This document shows positions 9,711 to 19,759 of a DNA stretch of 64,000 nt, piece after piece. The stretch's first letter is position 1, and every line of letters starts with the position of its first letter. A program made the position numbers and the translations under genes. This DNA comes from Candidatus Eiseniibacteriota bacterium. Lineage in GTDB: Bacteria; Eisenbacteria; RBG-16-71-46. The stretch covers positions 672,001 through 736,000 of the forward strand of contig CAVSAC010000014.1 of assembly GCA_963725865.1 (NCBI GenBank). Reading direction: 5' to 3'. The notes under the pieces were generated by a model. It saw only the letters and a program-made list of their open reading frames with translations, did not search any database and had not been told where the DNA came from.

Positions 9711-10130
9711 TCATCCCCGGCCCCTGCGGCTCATGCGCTCCATCAGGAAGAACAGCAGCATCAGCGCCGGCGCGGCCCCGATCGCCCAGTACGGCAGGTA
9801 CGTGGACACGAGCGCTCCCTGAGCAGGCCGCTCGGCGACTCCGCGGGTGTGCATGACCCAGGTGACGACGGCGATGATCACCGACGCCGCGAGCAGGAAC
9901 CACTGCAGTCCTGCGTACGCGCGCAGCCGCTCGCGACGTCGCCAGAGGAAGAGGCCCCACAGGTTCAAGACCCCGAAGCTGGCCAGGCACACGACGGCCG
10001 AGACCGGGTCCTTCCCCAGTAGAACCAGCCCGAGTATCAACAGCCAGAGCGTGCAGCCGAACTGGCCCCCAAACCAGCCTCCGGCGTTCCAGGCGAACGA
10101 AGTCGGTGCGGACTCGTGGTGATTGTTCAT
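9711..10130 (-). CDS. Hypothetical 4-TM membrane protein
   Basis: RBS GGAGG; four hydrophobic segments. Confidence 0.65.
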   Translation of the reverse strand: MNNHHESAPTSFAWNAGGWFGGQFGCTLWLLILGLVLLGKDPVSAVVCLASFGVLNLWGLFLWRRRERLRAYAGLQWFLLAASVIIAVVTWVMHTRGVAERPAQGALVSTYLPYWAIGAAPALMLLFFLMERMSRRGRG

Positions 10131-10175
10131 GCGGCTGCACCTCCATGGGCTCGGCGCTGGAGTCGAGCGGCCGTC

Positions 10176-11099
10176 CTATCGGCCCCGGTACACATCCGTG
10201 CTCAGGTACTTCAGGCCGGAGTCACCCATCAGCGTGACCACCTTGCCACCGGACCCCAGCCGCTCGGCCACTCGGATCGCGGCGACGACGTTGGCGCCGG
10301 ACGACGTCCCCGCGAACAGCGCCTCCTCCCGCGCGAGGCGCCGGGCCATGTCCTTCGCGTCGGCGGTGCTGACGGCGAGGATCTCGTCCACGAGCGTCGG
10401 CTCCCAGAGTGGAGGCGTGTAGCCGATCCCGACGCCTTCGATCTTGTGAGGCCCGGGCTGGCCTCCGAGCAACACCGAGGACTCCGCGGGCTCGACGACG
10501 ACGAGCTGGACCCTTGGCTGGTGTCGCTTCAGCACCGTGGCGACTCCACGCGACGTGGCCGCGGTGCCCACGCAGTGAACGAAGGCGTCGACCTCGCCGT
10601 TCGTCTGACTCCAGATCTCCTCGCCCAGCGGGTGGTAGCCCGCGATGCTGTCCTGGTTGTTGAGCTGGTCGGTCCAGAACGTGTGCGGCTCCCGGCTCAA
10701 GCCGCGGGCGACCTCGATCATGTCGAGGATCAGCTTCTTGGTGGTGAGGCCGCCCTCGCTGGGGACGAGCGTCAACTCCGCGCCCAGCGCCGCCATGTGA
10801 TCCAGCTTCTCCCGGCTGAACGCGTCGGAGCTGACGATCTTGAGTCGGTAGCCCTTCGCGGCGCAGACCAATGCCAGCGAGGTCCCCGTGCTGCCACCCG
10901 TGTACTCGACCACGGTGTCGCCGGGCTTCAGTCGACCGTCCGCTTCCGCCCGCGAGATCACGGCCTGCGCCATCCGGTCCTTGACGCTGCCGGTGGGGTT
11001 CTCCCACTCGAGCTTCACGAAGACGTCCGCGCAGTTCGGTGGAACGACCTTGCGCAGTCGGACGATCGAGGTGTTGCCGATGGCGTGGAGGATGTCCAT
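10176..11099 (-). CDS. Cysteine synthase family PLP-dependent enzyme
   Basis: KLEWENPTGSVKDR (PLP lysine); HKIEGVG; GTSSGAN; DSGLKYLS. Confidence 0.92.
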   Translation of the reverse strand: MDILHAIGNTSIVRLRKVVPPNCADVFVKLEWENPTGSVKDRMAQAVISRAEADGRLKPGDTVVEYTGGSTGTSLALVCAAKGYRLKIVSSDAFSREKLDHMAALGAELTLVPSEGGLTTKKLILDMIEVARGLSREPHTFWTDQLNNQDSIAGYHPLGEEIWSQTNGEVDAFVHCVGTAATSRGVATVLKRHQPRVQLVVVEPAESSVLLGGQPGPHKIEGVGIGYTPPLWEPTLVDEILAVSTADAKDMARRLAREEALFAGTSSGANVVAAIRVAERLGSGGKVVTLMGDSGLKYLSTDVYRGR

Positions 11100-11208
11100 G
11101 GTCAGACCGGCGGCTGGACCAGGCGAATGGGATTAACGCAGGCGTCCTCATGTTAGCCGGCATGTTTCTCCGCCAAATGAAGCTCCGGAGCGCCATCTCC
11201 TCCTTCCG

Positions 11209-11838
11209 CTACGCGCAGGGCTCCGCGCCCTCGAAGAACTCGACCACGCCCGTCTCCAGCGAGTATTCGGCCCCGATCACGATCAGGCCCTCGTCCTCGA
11301 TGAGCTGCTCCAGGATCTCCGAGCCGTGCCGCAGATGGCTCACCGAGACGCCCACGTTCGCGCGCACCGCGTGGCGCACCAGCGCGTCGAGGTCGTGCCG
11401 CAGCTCGGTCCCGAGCAGGCCTTCCACCGAGGGGCGGATGCGGTCGACGATCGAGCGCAGATTGCGCGACCGGTCGGTGGAGGGCTGCTGGAGCTCCTCG
11501 AGCGTGGCGAGCACGGCGCCGCACTGCGAGTGCCCGAGCACCACCACCAGCCGGGTGCCGTAGCGCGCCGCCGCGAACTCGACGCTGCCCACCTGGGAGG
11601 GCGACACGATGTTGCCCGCGACGCGGATCACGAACAGGTCGCCGAGCCCCTGATCGAACACCAGCTCCGCCGGCACCCGTGAGTCCGAGCAGCCGAGGAT
11701 GATCGCGAACGGCTCCTGGCCCTTCGCCAGCTCCTCGCGGCGGGAGTGAACCGGCTCCGCGCCCGGGCTCTGCAGGCCCGATGCGAACCGACGATTCCCT
11801 TCGCGGAGGCGCTCGAGTGCTTCGTGGGCAGGGATCAT
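11209..11838 (-). CDS. Beta-class carbonic anhydrase
   Basis: GCSDSRVP, FVIRVAGN and LGHSQCGAV Zn ligands. Confidence 0.95.
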   Translation of the reverse strand: MIPAHEALERLREGNRRFASGLQSPGAEPVHSRREELAKGQEPFAIILGCSDSRVPAELVFDQGLGDLFVIRVAGNIVSPSQVGSVEFAAARYGTRLVVVLGHSQCGAVLATLEELQQPSTDRSRNLRSIVDRIRPSVEGLLGTELRHDLDALVRHAVRANVGVSVSHLRHGSEILEQLIEDEGLIVIGAEYSLETGVVEFFEGAEPCA

Positions 11839-11920
11839 GGGTGGAGCAGGGTCTCCCGGGTGCCTGACGGGGCTTCGGCGTTCGCGGCCCTCGCGGCGCG
11901 AAGGGGTAGCACGCGGACGC

Positions 11921-14278
11921 CTACCGCGTCACGGCGACTCGATGGGTGCGCGCTTCGCGGTCCGCCTCGAGCCGCAGGAAGTAGAGTCCCGCCGGAACCC
12001 GCCGCCCGGCGCCGTCCTCGAGGTTCCAGACCGCGCGATAGACGCCGGGCTGGAACGTGGCGTCCACGAGGGTGCGAATGCGCCGTCCGAGCGCATCGTA
12101 GATCACGATGCGCGCCGGGCCTTCGCGCGGCAGCGCGAAGCGCACCTCGCTGCCGAGCCGGGTCGGATTCGGTCGCGGCGAGTCGAACTCCAACGCGAGC
12201 GGCACGCGCGCGCCGTCGACCGCCGACCAGATCGGGACCTGGAACCAGAGCGCGTTGCGATCGAGCTTGAAGCGCGGCGTGTACGCCCCGGCCTCGTCGA
12301 TTCCGACCACGCAGAAGACGTATTCCTGCTGCGGCGTCAGGTGGCTGAACTGTACGAAGGCCGAATCGGCCGAGAGCGAGTCCCATCCCGCGAACTCCGG
12401 CGCGAACAGCCTGGCGAGCGAGTCCGGATACGTGCGGAGGAACTGGACCAGATCGAGCGTCGGCAGCGGGAACGGTGAATTCCGGAGGAACAGCCGGAAC
12501 TTGTACTTGACCGGCTTGTCGGTGAAATACCCGTCCGCGTCGAGACCCTGCCACGTGATCCGCTGGTCGAGCGAGGTCACGGCGCGAGTGCTGTCGGGTT
12601 GGGGCGAGTTGATCCATGCGTCGGGAGCGAGATTCGAGGCCGCAAGGTGCCGGGCCAGGGGTGCGGACTCGAGCCCATCGTTGTCGACCGACTTGAGCAC
12701 CAGGGTGTGAGGAGAAAGGAACGTGAAGGGCCCCACGGCCGGCAGCGGCTCGGCCGGGACGTTCGCGAGGAAGAAGATGGTCTGCGTCGTGGCCGTGGTC
12801 TGCACCCAGTACGTGTCCGGCTGGGCCACGCCCGGATCGATCGCATACAGGAAGTGGTCCACCGTTCCATCGAGGTCCGATCCAGCCCAGCGGAATCGCT
12901 GCACGTAGTTGACGGTGTCGCCTTCGGCCGGCGCGAGGACGAACTCGACCGTGGGCGGCATGCCGACGCGCACCGGCATCTCGAGCTGCACGCTCCACAG
13001 ATCGTTGAGTAGACCGGACTGCGCTTCCGCGCGACCGTTGCCGCCGAACAGCCGGGCGCCGAGCGAGGGCGTGTACCAGGCGACCATGTTGGTTCGATTG
13101 CCCGGGACGTTCGCGGGCGCGGGCACGCCCAGGGTTCCGTAGACTCCGTTGGCGGCCGCGAACTTGGATCCACTGACCCAGGTCCACCAGTCTCCGTCGA
13201 ACACCCAGAGCGCATTGCCGCCGCCGCCGAACACCCACACGTGATCGTCGACATCGGCCCACGCCACCGGTCGTGCGCGCGACGGCGGCTCGTTGAGCGG
13301 AGAGGGCACCCCGAGGGCGCCGTAGGAGCCGACGCGGTTGCAGAATTCCGAGCCGCTCACCCACGTCCACAGCGATCCGTCGAAGCGCCACAGGTCATTC
13401 AGGGTCGAATTGCCCGAGCCGGCGTCGAATCCCGAGCCTCCGTACATCCACAGGCCGCCCCCCTGGCGCCGGAACAGCGCGCATCCGGAGCGCCCTCCCG
13501 GCCGGTTCGACGCGGCGGCCACGCCGCGTGTGCCGTAGCTGCCCCAGCTGCCGTCGTTCAAGGGACCGGAGCGAAGCGTCCACGAAGTCCCGTCGAAACT
13601 CCACAGATCGCCGTAGCTCACGACCTCGTTGACGGGTCCCCGCACGCGCAGTCCCGTTCCGCCGAACAGCCACAGGGTGCCGGCGGAATCGAGGACGGCC
13701 CCGCACGAAGTGCGCGCGCCCGGGTAGCTCGTGGAGCCCGAGTCGCCGACGAACTTCGATCCTCCCATCCAGGTCCACGTGCCCGCCGAGAATCGCCAGA
13801 GGTCGTTGAGCGGACCGGGGGCCGGGAGCGGTGGTGCGAGCGTGCCGTACCCCTCACCTCCGAACAGCCACACGTCGCCGAGCGAGTCGACCCACATCGC
13901 GCCGCCTCGGCGCGCGCACGGCACACCCGGGCTTCCGATCGCCACGTAGGTGCCCGTTCCGTTGCGGGCGCTGGTGCCGGAGAGGCAGGTCCACTGCGCT
14001 CCATCGTGGCGCCACAGGTCGCTGAGGTAGCCCACCTGCGCCGTGCCGTAGCCGAACCCTCCGAACAGGTAGAGCCGGTCGCTCGCATCGACGGCGTTCT
14101 CCGCCAGCTCGCGCGCGCCGGGCTGACCCGGCGAGGTGTAGACCCCGATCGCGTTGGGTGTCTTGGCTCCGCCGAGCCAGGTCCACTGGGGCAGGGCCGA
14201 AGCGGATCCGGGCGGCATGCAGAGCAAGATCGCGAATGCGAAGGTGGACACGCGAGACGCGCGGCGGCTCGATGACAT
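11921..14278 (-). CDS. Secreted Kelch-repeat protein with C-terminal FlgD-Ig/T9SS-like domain
   Basis: Signal peptide; repeated LWLFGG...NDLWRF...WTW units; C-terminal PNP...IYDALGRRIRTLVD...WNLEDGAGRRVPAGLYFLRL. Confidence 0.82.
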   Translation of the reverse strand: MSSSRRASRVSTFAFAILLCMPPGSASALPQWTWLGGAKTPNAIGVYTSPGQPGARELAENAVDASDRLYLFGGFGYGTAQVGYLSDLWRHDGAQWTCLSGTSARNGTGTYVAIGSPGVPCARRGGAMWVDSLGDVWLFGGEGYGTLAPPLPAPGPLNDLWRFSAGTWTWMGGSKFVGDSGSTSYPGARTSCGAVLDSAGTLWLFGGTGLRVRGPVNEVVSYGDLWSFDGTSWTLRSGPLNDGSWGSYGTRGVAAASNRPGGRSGCALFRRQGGGLWMYGGSGFDAGSGNSTLNDLWRFDGSLWTWVSGSEFCNRVGSYGALGVPSPLNEPPSRARPVAWADVDDHVWVFGGGGNALWVFDGDWWTWVSGSKFAAANGVYGTLGVPAPANVPGNRTNMVAWYTPSLGARLFGGNGRAEAQSGLLNDLWSVQLEMPVRVGMPPTVEFVLAPAEGDTVNYVQRFRWAGSDLDGTVDHFLYAIDPGVAQPDTYWVQTTATTQTIFFLANVPAEPLPAVGPFTFLSPHTLVLKSVDNDGLESAPLARHLAASNLAPDAWINSPQPDSTRAVTSLDQRITWQGLDADGYFTDKPVKYKFRLFLRNSPFPLPTLDLVQFLRTYPDSLARLFAPEFAGWDSLSADSAFVQFSHLTPQQEYVFCVVGIDEAGAYTPRFKLDRNALWFQVPIWSAVDGARVPLALEFDSPRPNPTRLGSEVRFALPREGPARIVIYDALGRRIRTLVDATFQPGVYRAVWNLEDGAGRRVPAGLYFLRLEADREARTHRVAVTR

Positions 14279-14527
14279 GGGTCCTCCGAGGATCCGCGAC
14301 GACCGGCCGACGGAAGTCGGCGCCCATGGCGGAGCGCATAGCTGCAAATGCAGATGGAGATCGTGACCCAATAAGTCTAGGGCCAAGCCGGGATCGGGCA
14401 AGGACTGATGCGGGTGGGGCCGACGATTCCTCGCTTGCACGCGGTCGAGGGCCTCGCGGGCCGGGATGATCGGGGGTGAGGGCGCTCCCGGGTATGAAGC
14501 CCGCACCCCACTCTGCACCTGCCGCTT

Positions 14528-15367
14528 CTAGTCGGCGTGCGGCTTGAACACCGCTCGAAACGCCCTGAGAGCCGCCGGATGGTAGATCGTCGCGTGCTTC
14601 TCTTCGGGCATCGGCTCGTAGTGCCAGTGCAGGCTCGGCGGCGCGTCCCTGGCGAGGGTGACCGCGAGCCGTTGCAGGATCCGTGCGTTCTCTTTCTCTT
14701 CGCTGCTGGCGAAGTAGAGCGTCTTCTCGGAGTTCGTGAGCGAGCGCAGGTGCTCCGCCGCCCCATCGACGAGCTTCTGATCGTTCCACCACACGCTCGG
14801 GTCGAACGCGAGATAGGTGTCGAACAGGTCCGGCTCGAGCAGGAACGTCTCCACCACGAACAGCCCGGCGAGCGACTCACCCACGATCGCGGTCTCGCCG
14901 GTCGTGCGATAGCGCGCCTTCACCTGCGGCATCAGCTCCTGACGGATGAACGCCCGGAAGGCCGCCGAGCCGCCGACGCGCGGCGCGATCTTCTTGTCGT
15001 TCGCGTTCTCCGTGGGCCCGGTCATGTCGCGGCGACGCTGCGTGTTCTCGATGCCCACGAGGATGAACGGCCGCATCGTGCCGTTGCCGACCGAGACCTG
15101 CACGAGGCCGGCCACGTGCAGGAAGTCTTCGGCCATGCCGCCATCGGGCATGTAGAGCACCGGAAGCCGCACGGCGGAGGATTCGGCATAGGCAGGCGGG
15201 AGGTAGACGTTGATGCGCCGTGTCTCGCTCAGGAGCTTGGAGTCGATCGTGAAGGTCTCGCCGATGACCAACGGCGATGCGGGTGCTGTCGCGACGGCAG
15301 AGATGCTGAGCCGCGGACCGAGCAGCACGCACAGGAGCGTGAAGAAGAAGATGCGAGACCGGGTCAC
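14528..15367 (-). CDS. Alpha/beta hydrolase (IroE/BesA-like esterase)
   Basis: RRINVYLPP, PVLYMPDGG and nucleophile motif GESLAG; signal peptide. Confidence 0.88.
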   Translation of the reverse strand: MTRSRIFFFTLLCVLLGPRLSISAVATAPASPLVIGETFTIDSKLLSETRRINVYLPPAYAESSAVRLPVLYMPDGGMAEDFLHVAGLVQVSVGNGTMRPFILVGIENTQRRRDMTGPTENANDKKIAPRVGGSAAFRAFIRQELMPQVKARYRTTGETAIVGESLAGLFVVETFLLEPDLFDTYLAFDPSVWWNDQKLVDGAAEHLRSLTNSEKTLYFASSEEKENARILQRLAVTLARDAPPSLHWHYEPMPEEKHATIYHPAALRAFRAVFKPHAD

Positions 15368-15462
15368 GCCGATGCCTCCTCGATCAGATGCGAGGTGATG
15401 CCACCGCCCGCGGGGACTCACCACGGGTCGAACTCGGCCTTGGAAGTTCCGTGAGCCCGGCT

Positions 15463-15624
15463 CTAGGCGCCGCGCACGTAACGCACCTGGAAGCGATGCC
15501 CTGCCAGACGCAGCGCATGCGTCTTCTCCGACACACTCCCGTCCAGGTACGCCGTCGGATCACGATCGAGCAGATCCCGACCCGCTTGATGCAGGGCGGC
15601 GAGTAGTTTCACCGGTGGCAGCAT
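15463..15624 (-). CDS. Small hypothetical protein (53 aa)
   Basis: GAGGAGG RBS; MLPPVKLLAALHQAGRDLLDRDPTAYLDG...RFQVRYVRGA. Shorter than any ORF listed in the track. Confidence 0.45.
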   Translation of the reverse strand: MLPPVKLLAALHQAGRDLLDRDPTAYLDGSVSEKTHALRLAGHRFQVRYVRGA

Positions 15625-15728
15625 CGCGCGCCTCCTCGCGGGCCGTCGTTGTCCGACGCTCGAGCCGTTGCGATTGCGAAGCCGGCAGGATGCCCGGACT
15701 CACCAGCGAATGGCCAGAGGATTGCAGC

Positions 15729-16148
15729 CTAGCGATCCGGCCCGGCGACCGGCCGAGGGACGGCCCGCTGCATCCCGAGGTTGGATTGCGGACCGACGAA
15801 CCCGCGGAAGATCAGCCCCGCGAGCGCACCCGTCGCCACGACAGCAATCCAGTCCGTTGCGACCGGCTCCAGGCCCCCCGTCAACGCCGGTACTGCCGCC
15901 ACGAGCGACGCGATCACCGAGCCCAGCACCGCATAGGTGGGCCAATTCGTCCAACCCCGACGCCGAAGCAGCATGTGGATCGGCAGCCCGAGCAGCAGGG
16001 CGCCCACGTAGCCGAACGGGACATAGAGGACCACGACCAGCGGCAGATCCGACAGCTTCGGCACCCAGCCTCTCATGATCGTCCCCAGGATCATCCCGGG
16101 GATCGTCGCAAGCGGCGGCGCCAGGAGTACGGCGAGGAAGAGTCGCAT
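15729..16148 (-). CDS. Hypothetical 4-TM membrane protein
   Basis: RBS AAAGGA; hydrophobic segments. Confidence 0.65.
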   Translation of the reverse strand: MRLFLAVLLAPPLATIPGMILGTIMRGWVPKLSDLPLVVVLYVPFGYVGALLLGLPIHMLLRRRGWTNWPTYAVLGSVIASLVAAVPALTGGLEPVATDWIAVVATGALAGLIFRGFVGPQSNLGMQRAVPRPVAGPDR

Positions 16149-16212
16149 CGTCCTTTCCGTAAGGCTGACCGCGTGGGCATCACCCGCGGGAGCGGGCCGC
16201 CGGTTCGCATGC

Positions 16213-16980
16213 CTATGGACCGATCAGCCCCATGTCGGTTCCGGAGGAGTCCTTGAAGTAGCCGAAGCATGCCATGCCCGGGATCCGCATCGGGTCGCCG
16301 TTCCGCTGGCCGCCCGAGGCTTCGATCTGCGCCATCGTCGCGTCGACATCCGCGACGTAGACGTACGCGACCGCGGGCAGGGCGGGAGTGTGCGACTGGA
16401 ACACGCCGCCGATGCCGGCTCCGGGATCGAACGCCACGTACTGCGGCATGGTCGCGAGCGTGCCCCAGCCGAACTGCTCGCCAAAGAAGCGGGCTGCCGC
16501 GGCGCCATCGGCCGCATACATCTCCAGGCTGCAGATCGTGCTCGCCGGCGGCTTGGGATTGGACCCGAACGGCATGGGCACGTGCGGCATTCCGCCGGGC
16601 GGCAGGGCGTCGGCCAATCCGTAGATCGTGCCCGACGCGTCCTTGAATCGCGCGAGCTTGCCGACCATCGGGATGCTCCACGGCGCGCGCTCGATGGATC
16701 CGCCCGCCGCCACCGCGCGCTGAAGCGCCGCGTCGACGTCGTCGACGCCGATGAACGGCACCGCTGCGGGGAATCCCGCGGGGACGTTCGCGCGCAATGC
16801 CACGGCCGGACCGGACGGCAGCATGGCCACGGCCAGCTCCTTGGACAGCGATTGCGCGCGCCATCCGAACACCCTGGAGTAGAACGACGACGACGCTGCG
16901 AGGTCGCTGGCCGAGATCACGACCAGCGGGATCGGGTGCTTGCCGCTGCCGCGCGGAACGGCGGGGGTTTCAGCGCTCAT
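16213..16980 (-). CDS. Two-domain VOC/glyoxalase protein
   Basis: Duplicated FYSRVFGW / FFGEQFGW and FKDASG / FKDSSG modules. Confidence 0.88.
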   Translation of the reverse strand: MSAETPAVPRGSGKHPIPLVVISASDLAASSSFYSRVFGWRAQSLSKELAVAMLPSGPAVALRANVPAGFPAAVPFIGVDDVDAALQRAVAAGGSIERAPWSIPMVGKLARFKDASGTIYGLADALPPGGMPHVPMPFGSNPKPPASTICSLEMYAADGAAAARFFGEQFGWGTLATMPQYVAFDPGAGIGGVFQSHTPALPAVAYVYVADVDATMAQIEASGGQRNGDPMRIPGMACFGYFKDSSGTDMGLIGP

Positions 16981-17052
16981 CGGTGGTGCTCCGGAGTGGG
17001 GAGTGGTCGCGTCACGGTCGGTTCGAGAGGGGTTGGGGATCGAGTCACGCGT

Positions 17053-17634
17053 TCAGTCCCGGACCACTCGCAGCGGCTTCGCGTCCGGCACGACGGCTCG
17101 TTCGGCGGGCTCCCACCCGCGCCCGGGTGAAGGCTCCACGGCGGCGTACTCGTCGAGCGGCGGCGCCTTCGGAACTTGGTCTTCGCGGACCCGGTGCACA
17201 CGGACCCGGCGCCCGAGCGTCCGGTCCGGCAGGATCACGAGCGTGCCCACCATGGTGTCGCCGGCGACCTTGAACGCCCAGATCCCGTGCGTCTGCCGGA
17301 TTCGGAAGTCACAGCTGAGCGAGTCGCCCGCACCCGAGACGATGAACTCGAGCTTGCCCATCGGCACCCGCTCGCCCTCGATCACCTTGTCGGCGAGCAG
17401 CGTCACGCGTCGCGGCTGCCCGTCGACCACCACGAAGCGGTAGACGACCTCTTCGTTCTTACAGGCGGGACGATTCCCCACGCAGGTCGAGCTGCCGGTC
17501 CACGTGCCGAGGATCGTCGCGGCCGGGGCGTTCGCGGACCCGTGCGGCGTCCTCGCCGACGCCGCGGTTGTGACGCACGCGGCGATGGCCAGCACTGCGA
17601 AGAGCGACAATGGCTGTCGCCGCGTCACGGACAT
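17053..17634 (-). CDS. Hypothetical secreted protein
   Basis: Signal peptide; GTWTGSSTC...CKNEEVVYRF. Confidence 0.6.
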   Translation of the reverse strand: MSVTRRQPLSLFAVLAIAACVTTAASARTPHGSANAPAATILGTWTGSSTCVGNRPACKNEEVVYRFVVVDGQPRRVTLLADKVIEGERVPMGKLEFIVSGAGDSLSCDFRIRQTHGIWAFKVAGDTMVGTLVILPDRTLGRRVRVHRVREDQVPKAPPLDEYAAVEPSPGRGWEPAERAVVPDAKPLRVVRD

Positions 17635-17767
17635 CGTGTGTTCGAGAACTCTCATAGGAGACCTCATGGATCGAACTCGGTCGTGGAAGTTTCGTGCGCC
17701 CACTCGCGGGCCGCCGTCGATCGACGCTTGAGCCGTCGCGATCGCGAAGCCGGCAGGATGCCCCGAC

Positions 17768-18073
17768 TCACGGACGAATGGCCAGCAGAAACGCCGCGGC
17801 ACCGACGAGCAGGGCGATTCCCAGAATGATGAAGGCGAGGCGCCGGCGCGTCGCACGGAGCGCCTCCAAGTTGGGCTCGTCGAGGTACAGGCGCTGCTCG
17901 CCCACTTCCCGCAGGACCTCGTGACGAAGCAGGATCCTGAACGCCAGCCCCTGGTGCAGCCCGAGCGCATCCGCAGTGGTCGCGCGATCCGGACTCGTGG
18001 CGCCGGCTGCGCGGAACGCGGCCACGATCTGCTTCTGCTTGAGAGCGACTGCGGCGGGAGCGACGACGGTCAT
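17768..18073 (-). CDS. Hypothetical protein with C-terminal TM
   Basis: RBS GGAGG; FRAAGATSP...LYLDE followed by a TM segment. Confidence 0.6.
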   Translation of the reverse strand: MTVVAPAAVALKQKQIVAAFRAAGATSPDRATTADALGLHQGLAFRILLRHEVLREVGEQRLYLDEPNLEALRATRRRLAFIILGIALLVGAAAFLLAIRP

Positions 18074-18290
18074 GGGGTCCTCCGGTCCTTCAAGATCGAT
18101 AGGTGCGCGCTCCACGGACCGACCGCGTCGCCGTAGACCTTCGCCATCGTGCGGGCGACCTGCGCCACGTGATCGACGTCGTGGGCCTCCCACATCGCCA
18201 GCATCTGGTCGAGCGTAGCGGTTCCGCGCTCGGGATGCTGCCGTCTCGCCCGGAGCGCTTCTCGGTTCGGCGCGTCGAAGTGGAGTCGCT
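18070..18290 (-). pseudogene. 3' remnant of a DinB-family gene
   Basis: HPERGTATLDQMLAMWEAHDVDHVAQVARTMAKVYGDAVGPW resembles a DinB C-terminus; no matching N-terminal half. Confidence 0.55.
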
Positions 18291-18594
18291 TGGCGCCGAC
18301 CCAGGTCAGTGGAACAGCTTCGGCGCGGTCTCGAGCCACCAAGGGCTCCACCGGACACACGCGGCCAGCAGCTGCCCTGCGATCATCGCTGGAAGGCCAG
18401 CCCGATGGACAGGGCAGACCCGCCCGATCACGGCCCGATCGAACAGCGCGCCCCCGAGAATCAGAGCGTCCACCCCCGCATGGAACCACTCGGCATGATC
18501 GAGGGCCGGCATGCGACCAAACGCGGCGGCCGTCGGTGCGGCGGTCGCCAGCGCCTGCTCCGCGGGTTCGTTCACGCCACGGGTCTCCCTTTAC

Positions 18595-18648
18595 GCCTCA
18601 CATAGGCCATTACTTATGCATGCGTCAATAGGCACGACCGTGTTAGAT
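18595..18648 (-). mobile_element. Atypical terminal attC-like site
   Basis: ATCTAAC 14 nt after the cupin stop, ending in non-canonical GTGAGGC; weak internal symmetry. Confidence 0.35.
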
Positions 18649-18661
18649 GTCGGGCCTGAGC

Positions 18662-19006
18662 TTACTCTTGCCTGACAATGTCGACCGAGATCTCCACCGC
18701 CGGAAGCGTTCCTCTGTTCTCAAGCCAGTGTGTGGTGTTCCTATCCTCGGGCCAGCCCACTCCCGGCCCATAGTCCGTGACGACTTCATTTCGATGATCA
18801 GTGATCGTTCCTTGCAGGATGTAGACGATCCCTGGTCTGTCCTTGTGGTCGTGAATCGGGCCGAAAACGCCTCCAGGCTCGATGGTCACCATGCGCATTC
18901 GAAGTTGGCGCCCCGCCATGCCCTCGATCTCAGGGCCAAGGTCAACCGCTGCAAGTAATCTCACCGTGACACCCTTTGTCTCATGCGCCACGTGTTCGTT
19001 GCTCAT
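18662..19006 (-). CDS. Cupin-domain protein (cassette 9)
   Basis: IHDHKDRPGIVYILQG...WPEDRNTTHWLEN. Confidence 0.85.
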   Translation of the reverse strand: MSNEHVAHETKGVTVRLLAAVDLGPEIEGMAGRQLRMRMVTIEPGGVFGPIHDHKDRPGIVYILQGTITDHRNEVVTDYGPGVGWPEDRNTTHWLENRGTLPAVEISVDIVRQE

Positions 19007-19033
19007 CGTGCTCTCCTCGTCTGTACTTCCAGG

Positions 19034-19088
19034 GCCTAACACCCGGTTGAGCGGCGAGCTCGCAGGTCCGCTCCAGCCGGTGTTAGCC
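19034..19088 (-). mobile_element. attC: attC site (55 bp)
   Basis: GGCTAAC-accggctggagcgg...ccgctcaaccgggt-GTTAGGC. Confidence 0.88.
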
Positions 19089-19098
19089 CCTTTCTCAT

Positions 19099-19581
19099 TC
19101 ACGCAGCCGTAGTCGCGGCCAAGGCGCGCTTCAGCAGCGCGATCTGACCAGCATGATACAAGTTGTGCTGCGTGACGCCGATGAACTGCGTGTACGCGGT
19201 GTAGGGAGCCTCGGGTACGAGGGGGTCATCCAGCCGTTCGTCCGGAAAGTCACGCACTGCCTGCCGGAGCTTCTTGTTCAGTAGCTTGAGCTCCTGCACC
19301 GTTTGCTGCCAGTTCTCCTCGCTTGACGCCGGACATGCAGGCCAATCTTCTGCCGCCGTAAGCTGGCGCCCATCGCCCGCCAATCTCCGGAGTACCAGGT
19401 CATAGTCACTGCCAAGATGAAGCACGAGTTCCCAGATGCTATGCGCACCAGCGATGGGATGGCTGGCCGCTTGCGCCGCGGAGAGGCCGGCCAGCAACTC
19501 GAGTACCGAGGGCCCGTGCCACGCTTCGCCCTCAAGTGCTCGCCTGAGCTGCTCCTCCAGCCGGTTGACTTCGGCGGTCAT
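19099..19581 (-). CDS. DinB-family protein (cassette 8)
   Basis: AWHGPS, HSIWELVLH and QHNLYHAGQI. Confidence 0.88.
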   Translation of the reverse strand: MTAEVNRLEEQLRRALEGEAWHGPSVLELLAGLSAAQAASHPIAGAHSIWELVLHLGSDYDLVLRRLAGDGRQLTAAEDWPACPASSEENWQQTVQELKLLNKKLRQAVRDFPDERLDDPLVPEAPYTAYTQFIGVTQHNLYHAGQIALLKRALAATTAA

Positions 19582-19604
19582 TCGCTCCACCCACCTCTCT
19601 ACCG

Positions 19605-19733
19605 GCCAAACGTTCGAGCTAAGCGGGCGACGGCGGCATGACGTCAGGTCCCGACTGGCGAAGATGTACTCCGTACCGCCAGGCCGGGCCTGGCGGCCTG
19701 CCGTTGGCGCTCCGCTTGAGCGAGGAGTTAGGC
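19605..19733 (-). mobile_element. attC: attC site (129 bp)
   Basis: GCCTAAC-tcctcgctcaagcgg...cccgcttagctcgaac-GTTTGGC. Confidence 0.82.
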
Positions 19734-19759
19734 CGCACTCTTGTCTCGCAAAGGACGGC

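Noticed and set aside
11131..11158. Functional attC between carbonic anhydrase and cysteine synthase genes
   Set aside because: Only 28 bp, too short for L boxes; at most a relic.
18306..18575. 89-aa minus-strand ORF after the terminal attC-like site
   Set aside because: No recognisable motif; may be part of the decayed DinB region.
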